Positions 49,291 to 58,063 of a stretch of DNA of 64,000 nucleotides are shown here, in pieces. How positions within the stretch are numbered: the stretch's first letter is position 1; each line of letters starts with the position of its first letter. This stretch comes from an uncultured Nitrososphaerota archaeon (GTDB lineage: Archaea > Thermoproteota > Nitrososphaeria > Nitrososphaerales > Gagatemarchaeaceae). A model generated the notes under the pieces. The model ran no database searches and was not told the origin of the DNA. It saw nothing but the letters and a program-made list of their open reading frames with translations. The stretch is taken from NCBI GenBank assembly GCA_963838925.1, contig CAWISW010000003.1, positions 512,001-576,000 on the forward strand, in the 5' to 3' direction. A program made the translations under genes and the position numbers.

Positions 49291-50223
49291 TCAGGACGTC
49301 TGGGAGTCGGCCTGGCGCTGGGAAGGGCCCGGCTTGCCCACTATCCCGCGCGACGACAGCTCCCTCAGGATGGCCTTCAGGTCCTGCCCCCTCCCCACGG
49401 CGCTCCTCAGCATTGACACCGCCTCCTTGGTCTCGCCCTGCCGCATCATCCCCAGGGCGAGCCTGAGCTTCAGCTCCGAGCTGTCAGGAGCGAGGGAGAT
49501 CGCCTTCGAGAACTCCCTCGTTCCCCTCTCTAGGTCTCCCCTCGCGAGCAGCTCCTCGCCCGTCTCGGCGTGGGAGTATGCCTCCTGCACCTTGAGCATC
49601 CCCCTTAGCTCCCTCAGGGGCGCGTCGCAGTCCTCCACGCGGAGGTCCAGCAGCCTCCCCTCCCATGGCGTGTTGGTGGGGACTGCGGACACGACCGTCA
49701 CAGCAGCAGACCTGGGGCCGCCCCCCCTCCTGGCTCCCCTCGATGCCTGCTCTCCCGCCTCAAGTGCGGCGACCATCCTCTCCGCCAGCGGCCCCTTCGA
49801 GCTCCGGAACGCGGCCGCCGTCGACCTCCAGACCCTCTTCGCGCCCACGAAGCTGGCCTGGACGCAGAACCCCCTGCCCGCGACGAACCCCGACTCCGGC
49901 ATGCTGCTCTTGCCCGTGTGCGCCGCGGCGCGGCCCCTCGAGTCGATCACCATCACCTGCCTCACGGCCGGGCGCGGGTCCGTCGCGAGGAGGGACTTCA
50001 GCGCCTGGGGCGGGGTCTTCCCTCCCTTCAAGAGGGCCAGCCCGAGCGGACCGTAGGTCGGCTCGACCGTGCCTTGCGCGACCACTACGCCGACTCCAGG
50101 CTCGGCCCAGAGCGTCTTCGGGCCGACCGAGAACGACTGTGAGACGACGGCAGCGCCAATCTCCCCCGACCTCCTGTCGGCCGCGACGATTGACAGGGTT
50201 CCGCCGAGAGGCATCGGGACCAT
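49291..50223 (-). CDS. DUF1028 (Ntn-hydrolase-like) protein with C-terminal TPR
   Basis: TLSIVA.D, AEPGVG, RQV, AAHTG, DLRVED; TPR-like tail; start inferred. Confidence 0.8.
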   Translation of the reverse strand: MVPMPLGGTLSIVAADRRSGEIGAAVVSQSFSVGPKTLWAEPGVGVVVAQGTVEPTYGPLGLALLKGGKTPPQALKSLLATDPRPAVRQVMVIDSRGRAAAHTGKSSMPESGFVAGRGFCVQASFVGAKRVWRSTAAAFRSSKGPLAERMVAALEAGEQASRGARRGGGPRSAAVTVVSAVPTNTPWEGRLLDLRVEDCDAPLRELRGMLKVQEAYSHAETGEELLARGDLERGTREFSKAISLAPDSSELKLRLALGMMRQGETKEAVSMLRSAVGRGQDLKAILRELSSRGIVGKPGPSQRQADSQTS

Positions 50224-50311
50224 CGACAAGTCGGCTCGAACACCGAATAAAAGCACTCGCTCCGGCTTCAAGTAAGAATAAAAACCGCTGTTTGCCGGCT
50301 GGCAATTCGGC

Positions 50312-50409
50312 GGGCCGGTCGTCTAGTCTGGTCAGGACGCCGCTCTGACACGGCGGATACGCGAAAAGCGTCGCTAAGGTCGAGAGTTCAATTCTCTCCC
50401 GGCCCACCA
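50312..50409 (+). tRNA. tRNA-Val(GAC) with variable-loop intron at 44/45 (50358-50377), CCA encoded
   Basis: GGGCCGG/CCGGCCC; CCGCT-CT-GAC-AC-GGCGG; BHB GGCG/CGCT with GA^T and AA^G bulges. Confidence 0.92.
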
Positions 50410-50465
50410 CCCTCTCCCTTGCTTCCGCGATTACGTTTTAACGCTCAGGCGCCGGACCTCCCTCG

Positions 50466-51854
50466 TTGGACAAAGTAGGCATCCTGGTCGTCTCCAAGTC
50501 GCTGAGCTCAGCGGCAATCATCGACACCTTCGCGAGGAGCGAGAGGTACTCCACGGAGTTCTACGTCGCCGAGAAGCAGGTCAACCCGCGCAACTTCAGC
50601 CGTGCCAAGGTCCACAAGGTGGTCCCCGACCTCGACGTGGGCGAGGTCGCGAAGTTCGCGCGCAAGCACAGGAATGAGCTCGCCTTCGGCCTGACGGACA
50701 CCGAGGACTTCGTCACGGCCGGGGGGAGGGACGTCGTGGAGAAGGAGTCCGGGGTCCCCATGCTGTGCGTGACGAAGGAGTTCGCGGTCGAGGCGAGCAA
50801 GGCAGACCAGCGTCTCCTCTTCGAGCGGATATGCCCCGAGGCCAATCCCCGCTACAGGGTCTTCGACCCGAAGAAGTACAAGGGCGACGCGGCCGCCGTC
50901 GCCGACCTGCGCGACCTCTCGAGGGAGCTCACCGACGGGTTCGTGATTAAGCCAGACGCTCCCGCTAGGGGGGCGGGCGTGGGCGTCTGGGGGAAGGACT
51001 TCATGACCGAGGACGAAGCAGTCGAGTTCTTCCTGAACGTCTACTCGAAGGGAAGGGTCGTCGTCGAGGAGCGAATCGAGGGGGAAGAGTCGAGCTTCCA
51101 CGCCTTCAGCGACGGGCGCCACTTCGTCCCCGCTCCCCTGACACGCGACTACAAGCGAGCACTTGACGGGGACAAGGGGAAGCTCACCGGCGGGATGGGG
51201 AGCTACCGCGGCCCCAAGATGGTCCTGCCCTTCCTGCCACCATCCGAGTGGGAGCGGGTCGTCCGCATGGAGCGGGACGCCTTCGAACGCTGGAAGGGAA
51301 GGGGCTCGAACCCGGGCCTCCGCGGGATCGTCCTCTACGACGCGCTCATGCACACCCGCGGGGGGTTCAAGATCCTCGAGAGAAACAGCAGGGGAGGGAA
51401 CACCGAGCAGATCTGCATCCTGACGACGATGCTCGACGACTATGTCGACGTGTGCTACCGCATGATCGACGGCAGCCTCAAGGGTATCAGGTTCTCCAAC
51501 AAGGCCTCGGTGGTGACCTGCGCCGTCCCTCCCGGATACGGTGGGGCCCCCTCCAAGGGAGTCGGGCAGCCGACGGTAGACCTGGGACGAGCCTACGCGC
51601 TCGAGAAGCGCGGCGGCGACCTTCGGGTATTCCCGATGGACCTCAAGCTGGACGAGGCTGGAGAGAGGGCCCTCGTCGGGACCTCCCGGTCGGTGGCGGT
51701 CGCGGGGATCGCGCCGTCGCTCGAAGACGCGCACGACACCTCTCTCCTGGGAGTGAGGGCGCTAGGGAGCGGGTTCCGACACAGGGACGACGTAGGCAGC
51801 GCAGCCGACGTCGCGAGGAGCAGGGAGCACCTCCAGAGCATCAGGAGCGCGTGA
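50466..51854 (+). CDS. Phosphoribosylamine--glycine ligase-like ATP-grasp protein (divergent)
   Basis: VEASKA, VIKPD, VEERIEGEE, DYKRALDGD.G..TGGMGSY; N-terminal GGREHA motif missing. Confidence 0.75.
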   Translation: MDKVGILVVSKSLSSAAIIDTFARSERYSTEFYVAEKQVNPRNFSRAKVHKVVPDLDVGEVAKFARKHRNELAFGLTDTEDFVTAGGRDVVEKESGVPMLCVTKEFAVEASKADQRLLFERICPEANPRYRVFDPKKYKGDAAAVADLRDLSRELTDGFVIKPDAPARGAGVGVWGKDFMTEDEAVEFFLNVYSKGRVVVEERIEGEESSFHAFSDGRHFVPAPLTRDYKRALDGDKGKLTGGMGSYRGPKMVLPFLPPSEWERVVRMERDAFERWKGRGSNPGLRGIVLYDALMHTRGGFKILERNSRGGNTEQICILTTMLDDYVDVCYRMIDGSLKGIRFSNKASVVTCAVPPGYGGAPSKGVGQPTVDLGRAYALEKRGGDLRVFPMDLKLDEAGERALVGTSRSVAVAGIAPSLEDAHDTSLLGVRALGSGFRHRDDVGSAADVARSREHLQSIRSA

Positions 51855-51868
51855 GGAGCTTCCCCGGC

Positions 51869-52786
51869 CTACTGCACGTAGACGCCCATCTGCTGGCCTA
51901 TCTTCCTCAGGCGCTCGACCCTGTGCTGCATGGACGGGTGCGTCGAGAAGAGCTCCAGCATCGAGCTGCCCCTGAAAGGGTTCACAATCCAGAGCGACGC
52001 GGTAGCGGGCGAGGGGGCCCCGGCCTGACCCTGCCCGCCAGAGGACATGCCCCTCGTCTGGACCCTCGAGCTGATCTTCTGGAGCGCGGAGGCCAGGGCG
52101 CCGGGATTCTGAGTCAGCTTCGCGCCGTACTCGTCAGCGTTGTACTCCAGGCCGCGGGATATCCCGAGCTGGACGAACGTGGCGCCGAGTGGCACGAGTA
52201 TCACCGCCATGAGCAGCGCGAGGGGGTTCCCGTTCTGCCTGTTGTTCCCGCTGCCACCGAACATCATCGAGAACATCGCGATGTTTCCGACGTAGGAGAT
52301 CACACCCGCCATCGTCGCTGCGACGCTCGACGTGAGGACGTCCCTGTGCACGACGTGGCCGATCTCGTGCCCTATCACCGCCTCGAGCTCGGTCGGAGTG
52401 AGGGTCTGGAGTATGCTCGAGGTCGCGACGACCACCGCCTTGCTTGGCCCTCTCCCCGTGGCGAAAGCGTTGGGCTGCTGCGAGCTGACTATCCCAACCC
52501 TCGGCATCGGGATCTGGGCCTTCTGGGCGACGCTCTGGACGGCCGCGAAAAGCGTCGGGTTGTCGCTCTGCTGGATTATCCTGGCCCTGCTCATCTTCAC
52601 CACTATCGTGTCGCTCCAGTAGTACGAGACGAAGTTCACTACGCCCGCGAGCACTAGCCCTAGAAGCATGAAGGCGAGCGGGTCCCCGAAGTAGAGCCCG
52701 ATGGCGTACCCTACCAGCATCAACAGTCCGGTCAGGACGAAGAAGAGCGCCGCCATGCGTGTGTATAATCCCATGAACCTTGGCAC
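51869..52786 (-). CDS. htpX: Zinc metalloprotease HtpX
   Basis: PNAFATGR, HEIGH, EYNAD, LFSTHP. Confidence 0.92.
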   Translation of the reverse strand: MPRFMGLYTRMAALFFVLTGLLMLVGYAIGLYFGDPLAFMLLGLVLAGVVNFVSYYWSDTIVVKMSRARIIQQSDNPTLFAAVQSVAQKAQIPMPRVGIVSSQQPNAFATGRGPSKAVVVATSSILQTLTPTELEAVIGHEIGHVVHRDVLTSSVAATMAGVISYVGNIAMFSMMFGGSGNNRQNGNPLALLMAVILVPLGATFVQLGISRGLEYNADEYGAKLTQNPGALASALQKISSRVQTRGMSSGGQGQAGAPSPATASLWIVNPFRGSSMLELFSTHPSMQHRVERLRKIGQQMGVYVQ

Positions 52787-52875
52787 CGAAGAATCTTCGT
52801 GGAGCGAGAGACGCGTAAAAACCTTTTCCGAAAGGATTTATAGAATCTGGCAGTAGTTTTCTCCCGAAGATTCCA

Positions 52876-53463
52876 ATGGCGTCAGACGACGACTGGGTCA
52901 AGCGGTGGAGGCGGGTCATGCCCTTCGGCCCCTGGTCTTTCCCAGAGGTGGAGGAGATGATGAGGGAGATGGAGAAGAGCTTCATGGACTTCCAAGACAT
53001 CGAGGAGGTGCCCAAGGACCTCGTGAGGGAGAAGCGCGCCAAGGACGGGAGCGTTACGCGCGAGATCGGACCCATTGTCTACGGATACTCTATGACGGTC
53101 GGCCCTGACGGGAAGCCGGTCATACGCGAGTTCGGCAACGTCAAGCCCGGCCCGCACAAGAAGTGGCAGGAGGCGCTCACGGACACGAGGGAGCCCCTGG
53201 TGGACGTCGTCGACGGGGACAAGGAGATCCGGGTCATCGCCGAGCTGCCGGGGGTGCAGAAGGAGGACATCAAGCTCACCGCCGAGGGGAAGAGCCTCGA
53301 GATATGCGCGGAGACGCCAACAAGGAAGTACTGCAAGGAGCTGGAGCTCCCGGCCTCCGTAGACCTTCAGGGATCAAAGTCGACCTTCAACAACGGCATC
53401 CTCGAAGTGACCTTCCAGAAGCGGAAGGGCGGCTCCTCGGGCGTCCGGATCAGGGTAGACTGA
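52876..53463 (+). CDS. hsp20: Archaeal small heat shock protein Hsp20
   Basis: YGYSMTVGPDGKPVIREFGNV, AELPGV, FNNGILEV. Confidence 0.92.
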   Translation: MASDDDWVKRWRRVMPFGPWSFPEVEEMMREMEKSFMDFQDIEEVPKDLVREKRAKDGSVTREIGPIVYGYSMTVGPDGKPVIREFGNVKPGPHKKWQEALTDTREPLVDVVDGDKEIRVIAELPGVQKEDIKLTAEGKSLEICAETPTRKYCKELELPASVDLQGSKSTFNNGILEVTFQKRKGGSSGVRIRVD

Positions 53464-53469
53464 GCGGAG

Positions 53470-53922
53470 TCACCGGTAGGGCCCCCCTTCTTCCTTCTTC
53501 AGCCTCGCCAGCGCGTTGAGCGCGACGTCCTGGAAGTCGTTCATCTTTGCGAGCCACCTGGCCAGCTCGAGCGAAGTGATGACGCCCGCTAGCTCCCCAG
53601 ACTCGTCGATGACGGGGAGCTTCCTCACTCCGTAGTCGCTCATTATCTGGGCCGCCTGCGCGATGGTCGCCGTGACGTTGACCGTTATGACGGGCGTGGA
53701 CATGATGTCCCTGACGTAGACCTTGGCGGGGTTGGCTCCGACGGCTATCACCTTCTCGATCATGTCGGTCGACGTCACTATCCCGACCACGATGTCGTCC
53801 GAGGCCACGATGAGGCACTGCTCGCTCCGCTTGGCGATGATTCCGGCCGCCTTGGTCACGGTCATGTCGGGTTCGACCGCCTCCGGCTTCTTCCTCATTA
53901 TGGAGTCGACGAGCGCTTCCAT
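53470..53922 (-). CDS. CBS-domain protein
   Basis: VGIVTSTD, DIMSTPVI, RKLPV..GVIT. Confidence 0.85.
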   Translation of the reverse strand: MEALVDSIMRKKPEAVEPDMTVTKAAGIIAKRSEQCLIVASDDIVVGIVTSTDMIEKVIAVGANPAKVYVRDIMSTPVITVNVTATIAQAAQIMSDYGVRKLPVIDESGELAGVITSLELARWLAKMNDFQDVALNALARLKKEEGGPYR

Positions 53923-54018
53923 CGCATCCGTTCTTGAAGCCGGGCGGGTTAAACGTTTGGAGCGCCCGATTGGGGTTTGGGAAAACGCTTATTACCGAAA
54001 AGCATAGAAAATTCCACC

Positions 54019-54174
54019 ATGGCCAAGATGATGTCATGCGAGTGCGGTTGGACTCTCATCACCCCTATGGGCGAGAGCGACCTGAAGAAGCACGCGATGA
54101 TGCACATCGCGGACGCGCACCCCGGGATGCACGTCACCGATGACATGATGAAGAAAATGATGAAGACTGTCTAG
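54019..54174 (+). CDS. DUF1059-like small metal-binding protein
   Basis: CECGW...H...HP. Confidence 0.65.
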   Translation: MAKMMSCECGWTLITPMGESDLKKHAMMHIADAHPGMHVTDDMMKKMMKTV

Positions 54175-54218
54175 CCGCCAGCCGGCGGCCGCCCGCCTCT
54201 GTCTTTCGCGCGGCTTCC

Positions 54219-55055
54219 CTATCTGGGGAACGCGGCTTCGAGCTGCGCCCTGTCCTCGGGCCTCAGCTCCCATCCGCTGGCGCCCAGGTTCTCCCTTACG
54301 TGTTCCGCCCTGGACGCTCGGGGGATCGCGAAGACGTTTCGTCCGGTCACGAGCCAGTTCAGGTCGACCTGCGCTGACGTCTTCGAATACGACTTGCAGA
54401 TGGCCTCCATCTTGCTCCTCGCTCCCGCCCCTGTCACCTTCCCGTGGCCCAGCGGGTAGTAGCAGATCACCGATATCTTGCTGCTCTCGCAGTAGGGCAG
54501 GAGGTCTGCCTCTATGTCTCTGTGGACGAGGGAGTACTGGACCTGGTTGGAGGCGAGCTGGGACTTCTTCAGCGCCGAGTTCGCGTCCTTCATCTGCTGG
54601 AGGGAGAAGTTGCTCACCCCGATGGAGAGGATCTTCCCCTTCTCCTTCATCTCCTCCATCGCACCCATCGTCTCCTCTATCGGCACCCTAGAGTTCGGGA
54701 AGTGCACCTGGTAGAGGTCCACGTAGGAGGTCTCGAGCCTCTTCAGGCTCTTCTCGAGCGCGCGCACGAGCGCGTCCCTCTTCAGGTGGTTTGGCCAGAC
54801 CTTCGTCGCTACGAAGATGTCCTCCCTCTTCCTTCCCTTGATGGCCCTGGCCACGAGGGTCTCGGAGCCGTAGAGCTCAGCGGTGTCGATGAAGTTGATC
54901 CCGCCGTCGAGCCCCGCCTTCAAGGCCTCCACCTTGGACGAGGCGCCCCTCATCCACCCGATGGACTTCGCCGTCGTTATCCACTGGGGGTCGTAGTACG
55001 TCCCCATCCCTATCTCGGAGACCCGAGGCGAGCTCCCCAACGTCTTGTAGTTCAA
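54219..55055 (-). CDS. Aldo/keto reductase
   Basis: IDTAELYG, ATKV, DLYQVH, IGVSNF. Confidence 0.92.
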   Translation of the reverse strand: MNYKTLGSSPRVSEIGMGTYYDPQWITTAKSIGWMRGASSKVEALKAGLDGGINFIDTAELYGSETLVARAIKGRKREDIFVATKVWPNHLKRDALVRALEKSLKRLETSYVDLYQVHFPNSRVPIEETMGAMEEMKEKGKILSIGVSNFSLQQMKDANSALKKSQLASNQVQYSLVHRDIEADLLPYCESSKISVICYYPLGHGKVTGAGARSKMEAICKSYSKTSAQVDLNWLVTGRNVFAIPRASRAEHVRENLGASGWELRPEDRAQLEAAFPR

Positions 55056-55106
55056 ATTCCGCTACCGCTCCCATCTTCTCAGGGGACTTCTCCTAGCTAA
55101 ACCTTG

Positions 55107-55550
55107 TCAGACTACCTTTCTTGATTTCGCCATGTCCAAGACCTCCCTGTGCCCCTCTCTGAGCTCCGGAGGCAGCTTGGCGATGTCGAAGTAGTCGGCC
55201 TTGTCGAAGTCGTCCCTCAGCTTCCCGACGCTTGGAATCTCGGCCTCGAACAGGAAGCAAAGGTCCCAGTGCTTGTCCCCGAAGGACTGGACGTCAAGGA
55301 GCTTCAAGGCTGTTGGCGTGGCGCCGAGCTGCTCCCGGACGATTCTGATTGCCGCGGCACCGGGGTCCTCTCCGTAATTGATGACGGCACTCGGGAGTGA
55401 CCAGCCCGCAGCGCGTTCTGGCTTCACCCTCCTCACAAGGAGGAGATGCGTCCCCTTCCTTGCCAGGACGAACGAGGAGATGTGCATGACCTCCTCGGGT
55501 TGTGTGCCCTCGGGCTGTGGCACTAGCTTAGCGGTCTTCGGGGTGCTCAT
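55107..55550 (-). CDS. NUDIX-fold protein (degenerate Nudix box)
   Basis: WSLPS....GEDP..AA.R..REQLG; ATG at 55550. Confidence 0.7.
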   Translation of the reverse strand: MSTPKTAKLVPQPEGTQPEEVMHISSFVLARKGTHLLLVRRVKPERAAGWSLPSAVINYGEDPGAAAIRIVREQLGATPTALKLLDVQSFGDKHWDLCFLFEAEIPSVGKLRDDFDKADYFDIAKLPPELREGHREVLDMAKSRKVV

Positions 55551-55677
55551 CAGCCTCGTGGACGCGCGTCCGCCATATAAGCCGTGAATCCGGACCGGGC
55601 CCAATGTCTCAGAGGATTCACGCCGTGCCCCATCGTCTCCTTTTTGTAAGGCCGCGAGGCAGGCTCAGAGTGAAACC

Positions 55678-55911
55678 ATGACGCTTATGAGCGACATCAA
55701 GGCCGGATTCAAAGCCAAGGGCTTGGAGTTCGTCTCCATCACAGAGTCGACGAAAGATCCCGACAAGTCGACGCTTACCTACAAGGATGCATCCGGAGCA
55801 ACCGCCACCAGGGAGGTCAGCATCAGGCTCGAGGACCTCGAGGACACGGTCATGGCGGTGGAGGGCCTCGATCCGGAGGACATCGCGACCTTTCTTCTGG
55901 GCAATTCCTAG
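55678..55911 (+). CDS. Small acidic hypothetical protein
   Basis: Host-like codon usage; TTTTTGTAA upstream. Confidence 0.55.
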   Translation: MTLMSDIKAGFKAKGLEFVSITESTKDPDKSTLTYKDASGATATREVSIRLEDLEDTVMAVEGLDPEDIATFLLGNS

Positions 55912-55963
55912 CAGGCAAAGTCCCAGCAACGGCCCATACTCCCGTCTCTGAAGGGAGAAGTGA

Positions 55964-56059
55964 TGGTGGACCGGAAGGGACTTGAACCCTTGACCTTGGG
56001 GAGTGTTGACACTCTCTCCCGCGTGCAAGGCGGGCGTTCTACCGCTGAACTACCGGCCC
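55964..56059 (-). tRNA. tRNA-Ala(TGC) with 21-nt variable-loop intron (~55996-56016), CCA encoded
   Basis: G3:U70 acceptor; CCCGC-CT-TGC-AC-GCGGG; TTCAAGT T-loop; intron hairpin GAGTG/CACTC. Confidence 0.9.
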
Positions 56060-56125
56060 ATCGCCAAAGAGGCCCAAACGACCGCTCTTATCTTTTCCAA
56101 TCGTATTTGTAACTGACAAACCGAT

Positions 56126-56296
56126 TTACAAGAGCGCCAAGGCACGCTTTATGACTGGAACCGAGTACCCGTAGCGTCTGGATAGTTCAAGAAGTGTCAA
56201 GGACCGTAGTCTGCTAGGGCGCTGCAAGTCCTGTAGATTGGCAACGTTTCTTGAGTGAGAGCAATCGGCCAGGCATCCATGTGTAATCTCCTCCAA
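56126..56296 (-). CDS. Possible 56-aa ORF with HTH-like end
   Basis: Hand translation from TTG: MEEITHGCLADC...LTLLELSRRYGYSVPVIKRALALL*; below the ORF-track length cutoff. Confidence 0.3.
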   Translation of the reverse strand: MEEITHGCLADCSHSRNVANLQDLQRPSRLRSLTLLELSRRYGYSVPVIKRALALL

Positions 56297-56416
56297 TACC
56301 ACTTAACCACCCACAAGTACCCGCGAATTTGCGTGTGCCGCACTCACTATAAGCCGCGGGCACGAAAGACCCGATGTTTACGCTTATAGACAGTTAATCA
56401 GCCACCTGAGACCCGT

Positions 56417-56515
56417 GGGCCGGTAGCTCAGAGTCAAAATTCTCCTGACGAGCAGTTTGGCTAGAGCACTCGACTGATAATCGAGAGGTCGAGGGTTCGA
56501 ATCCCTTCCGGCCCA
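56417..56515 (+). tRNA. tRNA-Ile(GAT) with D-loop intron at 15/16 (56432-56455)
   Basis: CTCGA-CT-GAT-AA-TCGAG; TTCGAAT; strict BHB GCTC/GAGC with AG^A and AG^T bulges and GTCA/TGAC helix. Confidence 0.92.
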
Positions 56516-56523
56516 TTCTACTT

Positions 56524-56745
56524 TCAAAGTGCCACCTCGAGCACCTTTTCCCTAGACTTCGCCCCGCTCACGATGACCACCTTCGACTTCGATACCCCGA
56601 AGTGCTCGGCCATGATCTCGACCAGCCTCCTGTTCGCCCTCCCGTCGATCGCCTTCGCGTCCACCTTGACCTCGAAGCTCAGCTCGCCGACCTTGGTGAC
56701 TCGCGCCTGCCTCGAGTTCGGCGTCACATGGACGTGGATGAGCAT
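56524..56745 (-). CDS. DUF167 (YggU) family protein
   Basis: V.V.PNS, DGRAN, IVSGAKSREK. Confidence 0.85.
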   Translation of the reverse strand: MLIHVHVTPNSRQARVTKVGELSFEVKVDAKAIDGRANRRLVEIMAEHFGVSKSKVVIVSGAKSREKVLEVAL

Positions 56746-56787
56746 CTCTCGAAGGCCACGGCCTGCGCATCCTTAACGTTACGACAG

Positions 56788-57282
56788 TCACGGGCGCACG
56801 GCTTTCGCGCTCTCCAGCAGGGCGGCTCCGACCTGCTTCCCGACCTGCTGGAACCGCAGCTCCTCTCCCGCCTTGAGGACTGTGGCCTCCGCTCTGTCCT
56901 TTCTTATCGGGCTGACAACGACCGCTGACTCGTGCGGGGCGAGGAGCCTGAGGCCGAGGCCCTTCAGCGCCTTCTCGATGAACTTGGCCGCGCTGCCAGA
57001 GATGCGCGAACCAACCTTGGTGTCGAACGCGAAACCATACTTTCCGGACAGCCCTGCCCCATCGAGCTTCGCAATGAAGTCCTTGATCGGTTTGGACGCG
57101 CTGAACGCCTCCGTCGGAGCCCCGATGCAAAGCAGGTCGTATTCCTTGAGAGAGTCTACCTCCACATCCTTCCAGTTGAGGCAATCCGTCTGGACGCCGC
57201 CCTCTCCGATTCCCGACTGGATGGCCCGGGCAATCTTTTCAGTGTTCCCGAACCGCGTGTCGTAGATGACGCAGGCTCTCAA
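56788..57282 (-). CDS. Flavodoxin family protein
   Basis: IYDTRFGNTEKIA, IGAPT, FAFDT. Confidence 0.85.
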   Translation of the reverse strand: MRACVIYDTRFGNTEKIARAIQSGIGEGGVQTDCLNWKDVEVDSLKEYDLLCIGAPTEAFSASKPIKDFIAKLDGAGLSGKYGFAFDTKVGSRISGSAAKFIEKALKGLGLRLLAPHESAVVVSPIRKDRAEATVLKAGEELRFQQVGKQVGAALLESAKAVRP

Positions 57283-57294
57283 GCGCCAGGCCTC

Positions 57295-57909
57295 CTACGT
57301 GTGCGCCGGAGCTGCTTGGAGAGGTTGGCCCGCCGGCATTGGCGGTTTGTCCTCTATCGAGAAGAACGCGACGACGACCAAGACCTGGGCAACGAACAGG
57401 AGAAGGAAACCTACCAGAATTATCGTGGTCGCGGCTCCTATGAGGTAGACCAGACCCGCGGTCTCAAACATCCCTACGCCCAGCTTCGAAGAGATCGACT
57501 TGTAGCTCCTCCTGACGTAGACGGCCGAGACGAGCAGCATCGCCCAGACGACGGCAAGGCCGATGAGTAAGGAGCCTATGAGGGCGATCCAGTCCCCTGT
57601 CGGGACGGTAGACGGGTTGAAGCTGTAGTTGGGCCCAAAGTTGAGGTTGTTGAGGCCCACGAACCGAAGGACGCTTCCTACAACGACCAGCGCGCCCACC
57701 ACTATCCCTGCGATGGCCAGCCCCACCGAGACGAGCATGTTGCTGAAGATGGACTTGTCGCCGACGATTTGGGAGATGTCCCTTATCGCCACCAGCATCA
57801 GGACGAAGCCGACTATGCCGAGAACCGATCCCACGCTAGGAACCGCGGTGAGGAGCACAAAGATCGAGCCGACGGCCCCGAGGGTCTTCGCCTGTGACAG
57901 GTTCGGCAT
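57295..57909 (-). CDS. DUF996 family membrane protein
   Basis: AKTLGAVGSI, FETAGLVYLIGA..IILVG..VAFFSI. Confidence 0.8.
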   Translation of the reverse strand: MPNLSQAKTLGAVGSIFVLLTAVPSVGSVLGIVGFVLMLVAIRDISQIVGDKSIFSNMLVSVGLAIAGIVVGALVVVGSVLRFVGLNNLNFGPNYSFNPSTVPTGDWIALIGSLLIGLAVVWAMLLVSAVYVRRSYKSISSKLGVGMFETAGLVYLIGAATTIILVGFLLLFVAQVLVVVAFFSIEDKPPMPAGQPLQAAPAHT

Positions 57910-58063
57910 CTACTTCACCGCGTTTGTTTGGAGCTGACCAGGATAAGAAGCGGGCATACGATTCTCAGTCCTTGGAATGTCAGGCTTCCGAGCGAGGAGC
58001 CGTGAAAGCGTCTTAAGCCGGCCGAGTCGAGAAGGCCTGATGACGGCGCGAGGAGACATCATA

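Noticed and set aside
48088-52657. Long overlapping or antisense ORFs (e.g. 48088-49263, 50508-51734, 51248-52657, and many others in the window)
   Set aside because: Shadow frames of high-GC genes with R/G/P-rich or motif-free translations
55964-55975. GTGGACCGG as another island att site
   Set aside because: It is the acceptor end of tRNA-Ala(TGC) itself, and its T-stem differs from the G-run repeats
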